Positions 48,186-61,279 of a stretch of 64,000 nucleotides of DNA are shown one piece after another; positions within the stretch are counted from its first letter, which is position 1, and each line of letters starts with the position of its first letter. The notes under the pieces were generated by a model. It ran no database searches. It was given only the letters and a program-made list of their open reading frames with translations, and was not told the DNA's origin. Location of the stretch: positions 107,880,001-107,944,000 of the forward strand of contig NC_059427.1 in the NCBI RefSeq assembly GCF_021028975.2. The letters are read 5' to 3'. Source of the stretch: Sphaerodactylus townsendi. Taxonomy: Eukaryota. A program made the translations under genes and the position numbers.

Positions 48186-51100
48186 TCCAACAGAATAAAC
48201 TCCTCAACAACCAGATTCACTGTCAATCTGTACATAAGTAAATGTAAAACCCGCAAAGGGAGTAAGTTCCATCTGTTCTATCTTATGAGCTCTTGCTTAC
48301 TGCTTGAAAGAATGAGCTTCATTTGGTGCTTAAAACTCAGAACTCCAAAAACCAATACGGAGAGTTGACGGCCAAAATATTACAGCTGAGGAAACCTTGG
48401 GTGATGTTGAATAAAGATGCTGTGGCCTACAGGATTTGTGGTTTGTCAGTTATCCCAGCACTTTTGCACTCATGGGCTTGAATCTGGGCAAGTTTTTAGA
48501 AAGTGGCCACACACAGACTAGCTCCGTAAGTCTTTCCTTCTATCTACAGCCTTGCTTTCTTGAGAAATGTAGACTGGAAGCCAAAGATGCAGGAAGAAGC
48601 CCTCCATGGCTATTGGCTCACATCTGGCACCCTTTCAGTTTGCTCCCATGATTATTTTTCTGCTGCAATAACACAAAGAGACATATGTAGACAAAATGCA
48701 AATGTAGTTTCAGTAACCAGTGTGTGTGTTTTTTTCCTTCAGATGCCAACCAGCAACACTGGAATCTTGCAGACTATCAGGGTACAAGAGGAATTCCACT
48801 TTTGCAGGGCCTGTTGCACAGTTTGATCTGTTTGAACTTTGGCAGAAGCCTTAGCATCTATTTCTTGCAGGACCTCTTCTGGTTTTGACTAGAATGGGTC
48901 TGCTTGCTGTAACAAAAGTGCTCCTCATTGTACTGAGAGTTGCACAAAGCATTAGTCACACACGCACCCTTCTCATTGCAGCTGTTTCCCTCTTGGTCAG
49001 GGGAATTCCAGGGCTTCTATGCCACAAAAATGCCTAGGTATTCTTTCTGGTTGGGAAAAGGCACTTCTACCCCCACTGAGTCATGCCATTATATGCATAG
49101 CTTATGCAGTCCTGGTGATTTAAGTCTGAGGCTGGAAGTGCTCTAACCTGTGCATATATGATTGTGACATGATCTCTTGTAGGAAAGCCTAAGGAGTGTG
49201 AAATAGGTGGCAAGTTATCATCCTCTGAAAATTATTTCTCCATGGACTATGACAGTAGAATTTAGAAAAAAGATCTCCATTTTTGACAGCATTATGAATG
49301 CTCTCTTGTTTTCTTCCCTCCTGTATCTTTAGAACAAGTTATTTCCAAGACGTCCCGTCTAGTTCACTTTCATGTATCTAATCTATTTATGCTGCAATTC
49401 ATCACCATTTAGAGAGAAAAAAGCAGTTCAGTACTGATTGGTGTTGTAACTCAAAATGTATATTCTGAACAGAATCAGTCAACATGTTCCTTGCCTTACT
49501 ATTCATTTATTCCAATAGATGACTTAATTCATCTACTTTTTGAGTTCTGACAGTGTGAAGATTGGTACAAATAATGCATGTTGCTTTAGGGGAGGCAAAA
49601 GTTGGTAAATGGATGTGCCAGTAGAGAGCGCTATTGGGCAGCTCTGGACCTGAGAAGATGCCTTTTAACCAAAAGGAGGAACAGCTCAGAACAAACATCT
49701 GCAACAGGAGGCAGAAACCAGCATCTTGAATTCTCAGACTGTCTTGAACCCTGCCTTGGTGTGCACTAAAGCTTCTTTGAGTGTTACTGGAAGGAAAATC
49801 TACAAAGCAGCTTGAGACAGAAAGTGGGGAAGGGCTGTGTACTGCCTGCATGGTAAGAGTGATAATAAAACTCCAGCCTCCTTACAAAATCATCATTATA
49901 TATGCATTTTCATGGCGTAACTTTTTAGGGCCAAGAAAATTGGCTCTTGTGTATAAACTTTAAAGTTTATGCTATTTATCTGCCTTTTCTCCCTATCTTC
50001 CTCTATATGCACTGCTGTGCTTAATTTTGGAGGAAGATTAAAACTGCTTCACAAGGGACAGACCCCAAGCATTCTGTTTGTCATTGTAACACCCCCAACT
50101 ACACTGAGTTAAAGAATTGGGAACTTCGAAATGAGTAGCAGTCAGGTTGATGATGTAGTTAAATCACAGGAACCTGTTGGGGGAAGTGGTTGCACACTTA
50201 TTTTACACGACTTTCCTGAACTCCTTATTGCTCAAGCTCTTGTGGGAGGACTAGGTCAAAAGCCTTGAAGTCCTCCTATATCAGCCAAATTCCTTTCTTC
50301 CGACTAGACCATGTACTGTATCAAATAAGGAAACAAGATTGGTGACAGAATTGCTTTTCACAAAGGCAAAAGGATGGCTGAGTTTTTAACATACATGGAG
50401 CTGCCTTATACTGTCATCAGGCCATCAGCAAGGTCAGTATAAGGTGCCAGTATAAACTCAGATGGGCATCTGCTCTCCAGGGTCTCAGGTGGAGGTTTTT
50501 CACATTTCCTACCGCCTGGTCCTTTTAACTGGAGATGCTGGCAGGGGGAGGGGAGGGGAGGGGTCTGCAAAACAGAGGTTGTTGCATTGAGTCACAGCAC
50601 TGTCTATGAACTTTCAAATGAATTCCCAAGCACTGGTCAACTACAAAGCTGAGAGAAGTCCAAAGTTCGGTTAATCCTTTCATTTTTTTTCCCTTCTGTT
50701 TTCAGAGGCAGTACTACTGTTCTCCATTTCTTCCCTGTGACCTCTTGTCAAGGTTCTTGTTTTGCCTGTAAAGCTTGAATGCCAGATTTCTTTGGCACTG
50801 CCTTCATTCCTTTGTATCATGGCTGTCATGATCCACTCAACACCTTCTTGAGGGAACCATCCAAGCACCTATTTGTAGTAACAAGGGGGCATGAAAATGG
50901 ATATTTCTGGTAGTCCCTCAGTTGTGGGGTTTCCTTTCCTTCCCTCGCAGTCCTTCAGTCTTTCTGTCTCATCTGGCCTTCAACAGTTGGAACTGACCAT
51001 ACGAAGTTGCCTTATATAAGCTAGTTCATTTGTTTAGCGACATCAGTATTGTCCACTCTGACAAGCAGCCACAGGCCAGAGTCTCAGGCAGAAGTCTCTC

Positions 51101-51644
51101 ACCTTATCTTTCCCCTCATCCTTTTTTAACTAGAGGTACCAAAGACTGAACTAGAACCTCTTGCATGTAAAGCAGATACCCTAGCACTGAGCCATTTAAG
51201 CAGGTATGAGTGTTTAACTACACCTTTTAAGTTTTATTGTTTGCTTTTATTTTAACTGTTGTTACCTGCCTTCAGACCACAGAAAGGAGCCAGGATATTG
51301 AAAGAAAGTAATACTTTCCTAGGACCATTCCAGTTGTCCTGCGTTCTCAAAGTGCTCAGGGACTTGCCCAATAAAATCATCCTTCCTTGAATCTTACCAG
51401 GATCCACTGATGCAACTTCACTCAGATTGCCCAAGTGGTTTAAATATATTTATGTGGGGTTTTTTTTACCTTTACCCATCCTTGTCTTTCTCACAGTTCC
51501 TTTGTAAAGACAAAAACAGACATATACGCACACATAATAATTCTGCCTTTTTATTTATTGTTGAGCAGTATATCCTCACCGTGCTGGGGAAGCATGCTGA
51601 GGTGGCCTTGGGCAAGGTATTCTCAAAACCTAATCTGTATCACA

Positions 51645-51965
51645 GGAGAGAACCAGCATGGTGTAGTGGTTGAGAGTGGTCGACTCTAATCTGGAGAGTG
51701 GTCGACTCTAATCAGGTTTGATTACCTACTCCTCCACATGAGTAGCAAACTCTTACCAAGTGAACTGGATTTGTTTCCCCACTCCTGTATATTAAACCTG
51801 CTGGGATACCTTGGGCTAGTCACTGGTCTTCAGAACTCTCTCAGCCCCACCTACCTCACAAGGTGTCTGTTGTGGAGAGAGGAAGGGAAAGGAATTTGTA
51901 AGTCCCTTTGAGACTCCTTATAGGAGAGAAAGGTGAGATACAAATCCAAACTCTTCTTCTTCTTC
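51645..51965 (+). mobile_element. Squamate SINE with (TTC)n tail
   Basis: tRNA-like head TGGTGTAGTGGTT, internal 20-bp duplication, tail TCCAAACTCTTCTTCTTCTTC. Confidence 0.75.
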
Positions 51966-53814
51966 TTTGTGATTGAGATGGAGAATAGCATAATGATGCC
52001 AACTGCTTCTGGTCCCCCTTGGGGAGAAAAGCAAGGGTATAAATACCTAAATAATAAATCTCATCTGAATTTGGCTACTGATACTGTTCCATCCATCTCT
52101 CTATTGTTTCTGATTTCCAGCTAGCTACAAATTGGGTTGTATCTTTCTGGTCTTGGTTCTATCCTCTGTATTTGTGCCTGATGACTTGGTGGTTGTTCTT
52201 CTTCCACTTCCTTTATGCTTCCCTTAAGTCAGAATGTTAAACAGATCCCGAGAGCCTTAACTACTCATCCATCTTATGTCCCATCCAGTTTCAAAAACCT
52301 AGACATGAACTGGAAGGCAGTGATGCAACACTCTATCATCCCTTCCCCATCTTTGGCCCCAAGGCATAACATGAGGCCAGGGTGCTGCTGTGTGTCACAC
52401 GTGTCCTAATGAGGCCTATAGCCATGGCATGCACCAGGGCCACATTCCATTCCACATCAGCCACTTGCTTCCGGGGACAGCGGGTTGTTGATATTCCCCT
52501 TAGGCTGGTTCTGCAAGAAGCCTGGCCTGGCCCCACCCCTTGAAGCTCCCAACAAATAACATCCCTCTTGGTAAAAGCACCGGGAAACAAACAAACAAAA
52601 AACAAAGAGGGAAATATTAAAAAATAAGTATTTGTTCTATATAACCCACTTTTCTTAGTGCAGGTCCAATGTGGCCCTCCTGTTTTATAGTCACAACAGC
52701 CACCCTGTGAGGTAGGTTAGGCTAAGAAAGACTGGCCTAAGGCCACCTAGCAGCTTCCGTGGCACAGCCCTGGATCTTAGCCCTGCACTCCAACCAGTTA
52801 CTATACTTTGGCTAGCCAGCCCTCAGCTTTTCCCATACTAAGTACATATCAGGCAAACCACTTTCCCAATACAAGAAATAAGAACCCAGGAAGCCTGATT
52901 GCCGTTTCCTGCCCCCTACCATACTAGATCCTCCTCTTTTTTCCCTGGTATGGCATTTAAGACAGATGAGCTCTTACCCTAATGCCCTATATTGGCCCCA
53001 TTCCTTCAGCAGTTTTCTTATAGCTGGGGACAGAATGTAGGAGAACCCCCCCCCCCCCCCCCACACACACACACTCGTTCTAGAGTTGAAAACTCAACTT
53101 AGGGCTCCCTACTACTAAATTGTTTAATTCACAGCCCACAAAGATTTCTTCACACAGCTCTCTCATCTATCAAAAGTTGGAAATGAAAATACAAAAGTCC
53201 TTTTTTTGGCTGTGTTTTTCACTCAGACATGTGATTCACACCTTTAAAAACTACATGTGGAAACTCTGGCTGCCAGTTCTTTTCTTAGGGACACCACTAG
53301 TGACATGCAAAAAAACCTTTATCTGAGCCACCCACAATGTTATGGCTGAACCTCCTGGGTCCAGAGCAGTACGTTGGTCAGTGCAGTCATGGAAAGTTGA
53401 ATTGCAATGAATTTTCACCACAGTCGCACAACAGGAACAGGATAAAGAAGAAATGTGTCCCAGCCTGCCTGCCACCTTACCAGTAGAAGTTGATTGTAAC
53501 TTCACTATTACAACACCCCTCCCTTCCCACTTAGTTTCTTCTGGTACACTTTTTAATGAATGGCTGAATATCTGAGGCCTAGAATCCCTCTGGTGGGGCC
53601 TCGTTTTGACCTGCCTACAGTGTCACTCATGCATGTTGAATCCAGGGCATCTACCAGATGCCTAAAAATGTCATGCTCCAAATACAAAATGGTTGGACTC
53701 TGTTGGCCAGAGATATACTACAGGCATGGTAACTATAAATACATAATCCTGAGGCCTGAGGAGCCCAGTTCACACATCCTGCTGCCTCTTGCTTTATGGG
53801 AATTAACAAAATAG

Positions 53815-54660
53815 GTTTCAACAGAGATCAATGTTAAGTTCTGCATTTAGATAAGAAAAATCAAGTGAATAATTATAGGATGGGGGAGTCTTGCCTTGGT
53901 AGTAGCACATGTGAAAAGGCTCTAGGGGTCTTAGATCATACACTGAGCATGAGTCAGTAGCATGATGTGGTTTTAGCCTGCATCAGCTGATGTACTGTGT
54001 AAGGAAGTGTAAGAAAGAGGTTGATAAGCTGGAACACATCCAGAGAAGGGTGACAAAGATAGTGAAGGATCTGGAGACCGAGCCGTATGAGGAAAAGTTG
54101 AAGACACTGGGTACGTTAAGACTGGAGAGGAGATGATTAAGAGGTAATATGATAGCCATCTTCAAGTATCAAGCTGTCTCATAGAGTGAAATTGTTCTCT
54201 GTTGCCCCAGAAAGTTGGACCAGAACCAGTGGGATAAAATTAAATCAAGAGAGTTTTCAGGTAAACAATAGGAACAATTTCCTGACCGAGCTGTTGAATA
54301 GGCTTCCTTGGGAGGTGGGAGGTTCTCCTTTGGAGATTTTTAAGCAGAGGCTAGATGGCCAACTGACAACAAAGCTGATTCTGTGACTCACTATGAAGTT
54401 AGGCATGTGGTGAGAGGGCAGGAGGGGATGAGCCAGCACTTGGCTCTTGTGGTCTTTTCTGATAGGCCAAGGGTAATGCCAATCACCAGTTGGGGGTCAG
54501 GAGGAAACCTTCTTCCAGGCCACATTGGCCCAGGGATCCTGGATAGTTTCTACCATTTTGCGGGGATAAGGCCAGAGGGATAGCTTATGAGTCTTCTACA
54601 TTGTGAAAGGGGTTGGAGTAATGACCCTTGGAGTCCCTGCCAGCTCCAAGTTTCTATAAG
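53815..54660 (+). mobile_element. CR1 LINE 3' portion (degenerate ORF2 C-terminus plus 3' UTR)
   Basis: Recognisable CR1 text such as GTTCTGCATTTAG..AAGAAAAAT, AAGCTGGAAC..TCCAGAGAAGGG.GACAAAGAT and TTTTAAGCAGAGGCTAGATGGCCA. Confidence 0.75.
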
Positions 54661-56069
54661 CCCTTCCATCCACCTCTGCTCCCAGTGTCTCTTATAACAC
54701 ATTTTGTCACCAAAGGGATAGCCAAGCATATGGCCTTGATCAAAACCATTTCCTTCCTCAGACCTATAGTAATAGCGACGGTCAGACATATTTGTTTATT
54801 TGTTGGCTTAGTTAGAGGGGATATTCCAAACTATCAGAATGTTTAGTCATGCAGAATGTGTGGAAAGGTCATGACCAAAGTAGAAACTGCTAAGGGCTGG
54901 GATTTCAGACCAGACAACAGAGCAAGAAGGTAATGAGAGCAGGATCAGGACCCAACATGTTATATTTGGGTGATTGTTAGTGCCTCAATGTGGCACAGCC
55001 AGTTCTGCTGCTCCCTAGTTTCCCCCACAAATACATTTGCAGGGGGGGATCCTCTTGAAAGTCCCTTGAGAGTGTTAAACCTACTGCCAAGCACACACTC
55101 TTGCTGTCAGCTTACATTTGTCAGCATGGCCTCACTAACCTACGGCTACTTCCCTTTTAGAATTTTTCATGTCTTCAGCAGCCGAGCATTCTTTTTAGGC
55201 TCCTACGATGGGAGTATGCACCAGTTTGGTTTCTGTGTCACTTTCTAAAAAGTTATCAGAGGTAATTAAGTATTTAAAGACACAGGCTTTCTGAAAGCTT
55301 CATGGGTCAAATTAGTCTATCTTTTTCTGTATCAGAGAGAAACTGTACTGTAGAGCAAGAAAGCTCGCTTCTTTGATCACTCATACTCCCAGGAGCCTCA
55401 GATTACAGTTAAACACGCCTCTTACTCCACGCTCCATGAACAAGCGGCCAGTGACTGGAGAAGGGCAGAGGCAAACCGGAAACTGAGGCAAGAAGCAGTG
55501 ATACTTACCCAGATTGTCATATATAGGCTCTTTTGATAGTGGGGTCTTCAATCGATTTTTGAGAGTCAAAGTGTTAAAATGACAGTCTAGGAATTGAGGG
55601 GGGTGGAGAAGAATTTAGAGTCCTTCTGGTGAAACTCACTTGCCTGAGGCAAGGGACAATGTCTCAGCTACCTAACATACTTGACATGGCTGTGAGCTTA
55701 AGGAAGTAAAGGCAACATCATATTCTAACCTAATAACAAAATTATTGCCATTTATGGAAATCTGGTTTCAAAGAGATATAAACCCCAAATCCTAACAGGA
55801 AGCCTCTGAAAAAACGAAGTAATTCTACCAGTGTAATCACCTTGGATGTTAAGGTTTGGACTAGTGTGTCCTCCCTACAGTTAACTGCAGCGTGGTGATA
55901 ATTCACGCTATCACGTTTACAGGCAGTAGTAACCATTGTTACAAGTTTTGCTTGGTTAACTCTCCACATACGTTTGAGTTTAGATTTTTTCTGCCCTTTA
56001 ACGTGCCAGCAAGACATTTCAGTTGTCCAGACCGCAGGGTCATAAACTTTCTGGGGTTTGTGTTTTTGC

Positions 56070-56260
56070 GGCGCCCTGGGACATTCCCAGCCCCGGAGGC
56101 ATCAAGTCCCTTCCTTCTTTGGCTGGAAACTGACATCGTCCAATGTCCCTGTGCCTGGCAACGTGGGCGGGGATTCCCGGAACGGAACCCGACCCGAAAA
56201 CGTCACTAAGCAGAAACTGACCATATATGGTCTTCTTCCTCTGCGTCAGAGCAGAAAGGC
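56070..56260. promoter_or_regulatory. JUNB downstream (3') enhancer
   Basis: kB sites GGGACATTCCC 56078-56088 and GGGGATTCCC 56169-56178; STAT TTCCCGGAA 56174-56182; CRE-like ACGTCA 56200-56205 and TGCGTCA 56242-56248; perfect CArG CCATATATGG 56221-56230. Confidence 0.8.
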
Positions 56261-57598
56261 CTCCCCCCCCCCTTTCGGCCCAGAGGCTCCACCCGCTTGA
56301 GCTGAAGTCAGAACTTGTGAGCTCGAGGAAGTGAAGGGAGGCATGTGGGAGGCCGCCGCCCCACGGGGATTTTGCGCCCCCCCCCCTCCCTTCGCTAGAG
56401 GACGGGAAAGGGTTCAGCGGGTTTTCTAAGCGTTAGGGCCCTTCGCCTCAAAGCTCCGAAACAAACACGCTCTTGACATCAAAGGAAGGAGGGGGGAGGG
56501 AGAAACTCCCCACACCTCGAAAGAATGACGCCAGGCGCGGAGAGGAACGCGGCAACCCGGCAATAAATTGATTAGGGGGAACATGAGAGAGGAGGGAAGA
56601 GGAAAAGGAGGCACTTACGACGGCAGCAGGAAACATGACGTACCTTAATTGTTCTAGGCTTGTAATTTAATGAGCAGCTTAGACGAAAACACAGGAAGGG
56701 AGAGGGCCCAGGAAGTCCCAAGCTACTAGTAGATCCATTAAAAGGTACAACAAAACAAACATCTTCCCTCCTCTGAAGATTAGAGAAATAAACTGTTCCT
56801 AGGGGGACTGGCAAGCATCCCACTTGATATAGCCCAACAAAGGGGAGGCCCCATCTTCTCCAGTAAGAAAGGGGAAGGAAAGAAGGATAAGTAACTCGTG
56901 TTTTCAATAAAAAGGAGGCACATAGATAAAGCTGAACATTTTTACTTAAATAGTTTCAATAAAAAGTCAAAAAACACAAATACAATCTTTGGGGGGAAAG
57001 TGAATTTGAGGACTCAATAAAGAAATAAGAGCAGGAGTAGTAAACAACCCCCCTCCCTCTCCACAGTGACCCTTGTGTCCACATACTGGCCTCCTTGGAG
57101 GAAGACAGGTGCCCAGATTCCTTCTCTTCCCAGGAAATCTGTGTCTTGGTCCCTTTTCTTTCAGTCATTAAGTTAAGCAGGTGGTTATCCTTTTTTTCCC
57201 ACTGGCACAATGAAGAGACCAGAGGACTAGGTTTTTTTGCTCTGTCCAGAGTACCTCCAATCCCACTGCACCATCCAGCGACGCAGCAGAGAAAAAGGCT
57301 TCTTTTTAAAAAACATACATACACACGCACACACACATCACCCGCAGGCACAAATATAAAAAAAAAAACCTTACACTTAGCACAGATCAGGGATCTGGAT
57401 CCACCAGATCTGAAGTCACAGAAATAAGTTTGGGAGGGGGAGAAAAAACAGGACTTCAGAACTTGAAGAGTTGGAAACTCGGTCTTTCAACCCAGCTCCG
57501 TGTAAACTTTGTCAGGCGAGTCCCTGTCTTTCGTCCTCCCTGCCCACCCTCTCCCCGAGGTCTCTGGGGGTGGCGGGCCGTCGGGTGGGCGCCCCCTT

Positions 57599-58525
57599 TC
57601 AGAAGGACTGCATCTTGGCCGTCAAGAGGAGCTGGCAGCCGTTGTTGACGTGGTTCATGACCTTCTGCTTGAGCTGCGCCACCTGGTCTCGGAGGGAGCT
57701 GGCCGTGCTGGACAGTCCGGCGTTCTCGCTCTTGAGGGTCTTCACCTTGTCCTCCAGCCGGGCGATGCGCTCCAGCTTCCTCTTGCGGCACTTGGTGGCG
57801 GCCAGGCGGTTGCGCAGCCGCTTCCTCTCCACCTTGATGCGCTCCTGGTCTTCCATGTTGATGGGCGAGACGGGCGGGCTCTGCACCTCCGGCACCGTCT
57901 GGGGCTCCTCCTTGAAGCTGCGCGCCGGGTGCGCCAAGGCCAGGGCGGGAGGCTGCGGCAAGTAGCTGAGGTTGGCGCTGGGGAAGCCGGGCGGGTTGTA
58001 GCTGGTCAGGTTGGTGTAGACGGGCGGCGGCTCCTGGGCCAGGGAGGAGGAGGAGGCCCCGTAGGCGCTGCTGACCGAGGGCGCCGCCACCGCCCCGAGC
58101 GAGACGTTGGGGGGAGGCATGTGGTTCATCTTGTGCAGGTCGTCCAGCGCCTTGACGAAGCCGTCGGCGAAGCCCTCCTGCTCCTCGGTGGCGCCCCGCG
58201 GGTAATAGTACTGGCCCGGCGGCGTCGGAGTGGTGATCACGCCGTTGCTGTTCTGGATGATGAGGCGCTCCAGTTCCGGAGCGGCCAGCTTGAGCGAGGA
58301 GCTGCCGCTCTCGGCTTGCTGCTGCTGCTGCTGTAGAGAAGCCGAGAAGTAGGCGGCGGGGCCGTCCTCTTGGCCGCGGAGGTGATGCGGGAGCTGCGCT
58401 TTCAGGCTGCGGAATGGCTCTGCCGACAGGTTCAGGGCCATGCCTGACTTCAGCGTCTTGTAGTCCTGCCCGTAGCCGGAGAGAAAGGAGTCAGGATAGA
58501 AAGGCTGCTCCATCTTCGTGCACAT
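57599..58525 (-). CDS. JUNB: Transcription factor JunB (AP-1 bZIP), 308 aa, intronless
   Basis: Starts [10 protein letters not shown] (JunB N-terminus) at ATG 58525; contains [37 protein letters not shown] and the basic region plus leucine zipper [30 protein letters not shown]. Confidence 0.97.
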   Translation of the reverse strand: MCTKMEQPFYPDSFLSGYGQDYKTLKSGMALNLSAEPFRSLKAQLPHHLRGQEDGPAAYFSASLQQQQQQAESGSSSLKLAAPELERLIIQNSNGVITTPTPPGQYYYPRGATEEQEGFADGFVKALDDLHKMNHMPPPNVSLGAVAAPSVSSAYGASSSSLAQEPPPVYTNLTSYNPPGFPSANLSYLPQPPALALAHPARSFKEEPQTVPEVQSPPVSPINMEDQERIKVERKRLRNRLAATKCRKRKLERIARLEDKVKTLKSENAGLSSTASSLRDQVAQLKQKVMNHVNNGCQLLLTAKMQSF

Positions 58526-58699
58526 CAGCCGCGCGCTGGGAGGGGCGAGGGGGGTGGAAACCCGAGCGAGGACCGTCCGGGGCTGGCAAAGGAGGCCTTC
58601 TCCCTGTCCGCCTGCCTTAGGGGCGCGGGTTGAGCTTCTTCTCCCAAGCGAGGAAAGCGCGCTGCCGCCTCCCTCCCCAAGCTTCACTTCCAGATTTCA

Positions 58700-59300
58700 G
58701 CGGCAGAAAAGAAGGAGGAGGGAGGAGGGAGGAAAAAAAGAAGCTCGGCGCGCTCCTCTCTCCGGTGGCTGCTTCCACCGCCCGCCCTGCCCCAGATCCG
58801 CTAGCGAGGAGGATGATTCACGTTCGCCCTCCACCGAAGGCGGGCCCGAGCTACGAGTACGCCGGCTTGCAGCCCACCCCGAGAAGCAAAAGCAGGAGGT
58901 ACCGTACCAGCCAACGCGGAGCCTCCGGGCGCGCCACCGCCGATTGAGTTATCTCAGCTGCATCGCGCGCTTCCCGGGGCCTTTTATTCCAGCCACCCGC
59001 GCGGCGGTGGCGGAAGCGCGGCGCTATTGGCTGGGAAGCCTCGGCGGCTCCACCCATCGCGGCGCACGCGAACGGGGAACTGAGCTCATTGCCCGGCAGC
59101 TCGTGGCCCAGTAAACAGCCCGCGGGGAGGGGGAGAGTTGTGAGGCGCCCGCGTCAGAGAAGCGGAGACCTGCCAGCAAACACGCACAGAAACTCCCGCG
59201 TCCTTCAGGCGCTGGGAAACTCCGGCGGAGACGACAGAGAACCGACGCGAATAGACTTCAGACCCGGATGGGATTGTGTTTTTGCCCTCGGCCGGGGATG
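58700..59300 (-). promoter_or_regulatory. JUNB CpG-island promoter
   Basis: TATA-like AATAAAAG (minus, 58981-58988), CCAAT (minus, 59026-59030), forkhead GTAAACA at 59111-59117, CRE-like TGACGCG (minus, 59150-59156). Confidence 0.7.
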
Positions 59301-60194
59301 GGGTATAGAAAATTCAGATTTAAGGAGATCCTAAACTCGCTCAGCCTAGAGAAGAATACAGGTTAACGGGGGTAACATGAAATAATGCCTCTCTAAGCTG
59401 ACCAGGGATTTGGGGGAGGAAAAGTAGGAAGCTTAGTTAAAGACAGTTCCCTAAAAGGGTTGGATACATGTTAATGTCACATCCCGCAAGGAGGGTACAG
59501 CAGAAAAATGTTGGACTACTACGTTCTGGAGAGTCCCAGATTCAAAACCACTCACTGTAGAACTCATTGAATGACCTTCCAGTCTTTCACCTACTGCCTA
59601 GCCTATTTTCGGGGTTGCCGTGAGAATAAAATGGAGGAAAACTTCCGCTGCTGTAACCTGCTTAGAGGAAGATCCAAATGAAATAAATAAATGCCAAAGC
59701 CCCAAATGATTCTGAAGATCTTCTAGTGTTATCAGGATCCATGAAATGCATTTGTTTGTAAGAATCAGCATGTAGCCTGCATACAATCACACACATGTCT
59801 ATTAATGCTTAACAAACAGAAAGGTTTGAAGCAAGTTTTATAAGGACTCTTCCCAAATATGCAGTTAACCTCTGGGCACAAAACACTCTTTATACAATTC
59901 ACCCCATCCTGAGACATAAATGTATGCCCCCACAAGTCCATGAGCTGATACATATCACAGCAAGATATATGCAATAATCACTTAGTAAAATATAAAGGTT
60001 AAATACACAAACCACAAACACTTAAATACCACACTAAGACCTATCCCAAACACAGAGCTACACCCTGTTCTGTTCAGAATAAAACATGCATGCTACAATC
60101 TATTCCTGAAGAAAATCATATCAAAAAGTCAATAGAACCACAATTCAGAAGCCCACATTATTTGCACAACATAGTCAATGTATATGGCACTACG

Positions 60195-60560
60195 TGCTAT
60201 CAAGTTGCAGCTGACATGGTGACCCCTTGGTGTTTTCAAGACACAAGAAAGAGCCCTGCTGAATCAGACTAGTGGTCCCTCTAGTCCAGTATCCTCCCTC
60301 ACACAGCAGCCAATGAGTTCCTCTGGAAGTTCAACAAGAGGCCGTAGAGGCTGATGCCTTCCCCTGATGTTTCCTCCTGATGCTTATTCACTGACAGACC
60401 TATCCTCCAAAGGGCATTCAGAGATGGCTTGTCATTGCTTGGCAAGCCTGGATCTCCTTGGTAGTCTCCCATCCAAATATTAACCATGGCCAACCGTGCT
60501 TAGTTTCCGATGAGACCAGGCTAGCCTGGGCCATCCATACGAGATCGGGCTAGCCTGGGC
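60195..60560 (-). mobile_element. 5S rRNA-derived SINE interrupted by a CR1 3' fragment (about 60244-60400)
   Basis: Minus strand GCCTGGTCTCATCGGAAACTAAGCACGGTTGGCCATGGTTAATATTTGGATGGGAGAC resembles the 5S internal promoter region. Confidence 0.65.
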
Positions 60561-61279
60561 ATATGACATTTTACAGAGGATCATATACAAAAATGGCAGT
60601 TCCCTGGTTAAGGAGTGTCCAGTATACAGTTGACAGTGGGAAGGAAAGAACAGAATAGAGATGCAGGTAAAAAGGGATAAATGTGAGCAAATTAAGTTAC
60701 TTTACAATCTATTCCTGAAGAAAATAAAATTAAGTTATACATAGTAGGACTGGTTACATCTGAGAGAGGTGAGAATCAGGGATTAAATTAAAGAGTTCAT
60801 GAGAAAGGTGAGTCTGAAAACTCTCATATCCACAGCACATATATACTTCCCTTGACTATGCCAATACACTCAAAGCTAGAAGTACCAGGAGAAAAAGTGA
60901 TAATAGAGTCTAGTGGACAAGGTTTGGGTGGGTCTCTTTCTGCAAACAGAAGTACATGTTACATAATGTACAGTTCTCAATTTTCTGCTCTTCTTTACAC
61001 GCATGGGCATGTGCACGCATTATCTCCGCCTCAAAAAAATGTCTCTCTCCTTTAGTCTAATGCATGTAACAAACTGAGTTCTAATTCACTACCACCAATT
61101 CACAGATACATTTCCAGAGGGACTGAACTGTAAAGAGAAAAGGGTGTGTGTTTGTGTGCGCGCATGGCATAATGGGAGATGATCTTACTAATTATATCCA
61201 GGATTTGCCCCAACAACAATGTTAGATTTGTCAATCATGAAACAAGAGGCATTTTCACACTGGCTCTTGAGGACAATTC

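Noticed and set aside
52390-52480. E-box, tandem TEAD-like CATTCC and ETS CTTCCGG motifs as a distal enhancer
   Set aside because: Short motifs with no conservation or chromatin evidence available; could be chance
58526-58687. 54-codon in-frame N-terminal extension of JUNB from the ORF track
   Set aside because: It starts at GTG in a GC-rich 5' leader and has no Jun similarity; the conserved JunB start [10 protein letters not shown] is at 58525
57471-59114. Long plus-strand ORFs (164, 275 and 198 aa) overlapping JUNB
   Set aside because: Antisense shadows of a GC-rich coding sequence and CpG island, with no recognisable protein features
60420-60560. Possible 5S rRNA gene
   Set aside because: Partial and diverged, and fused to SINE body sequence; better explained as a 5S-derived SINE
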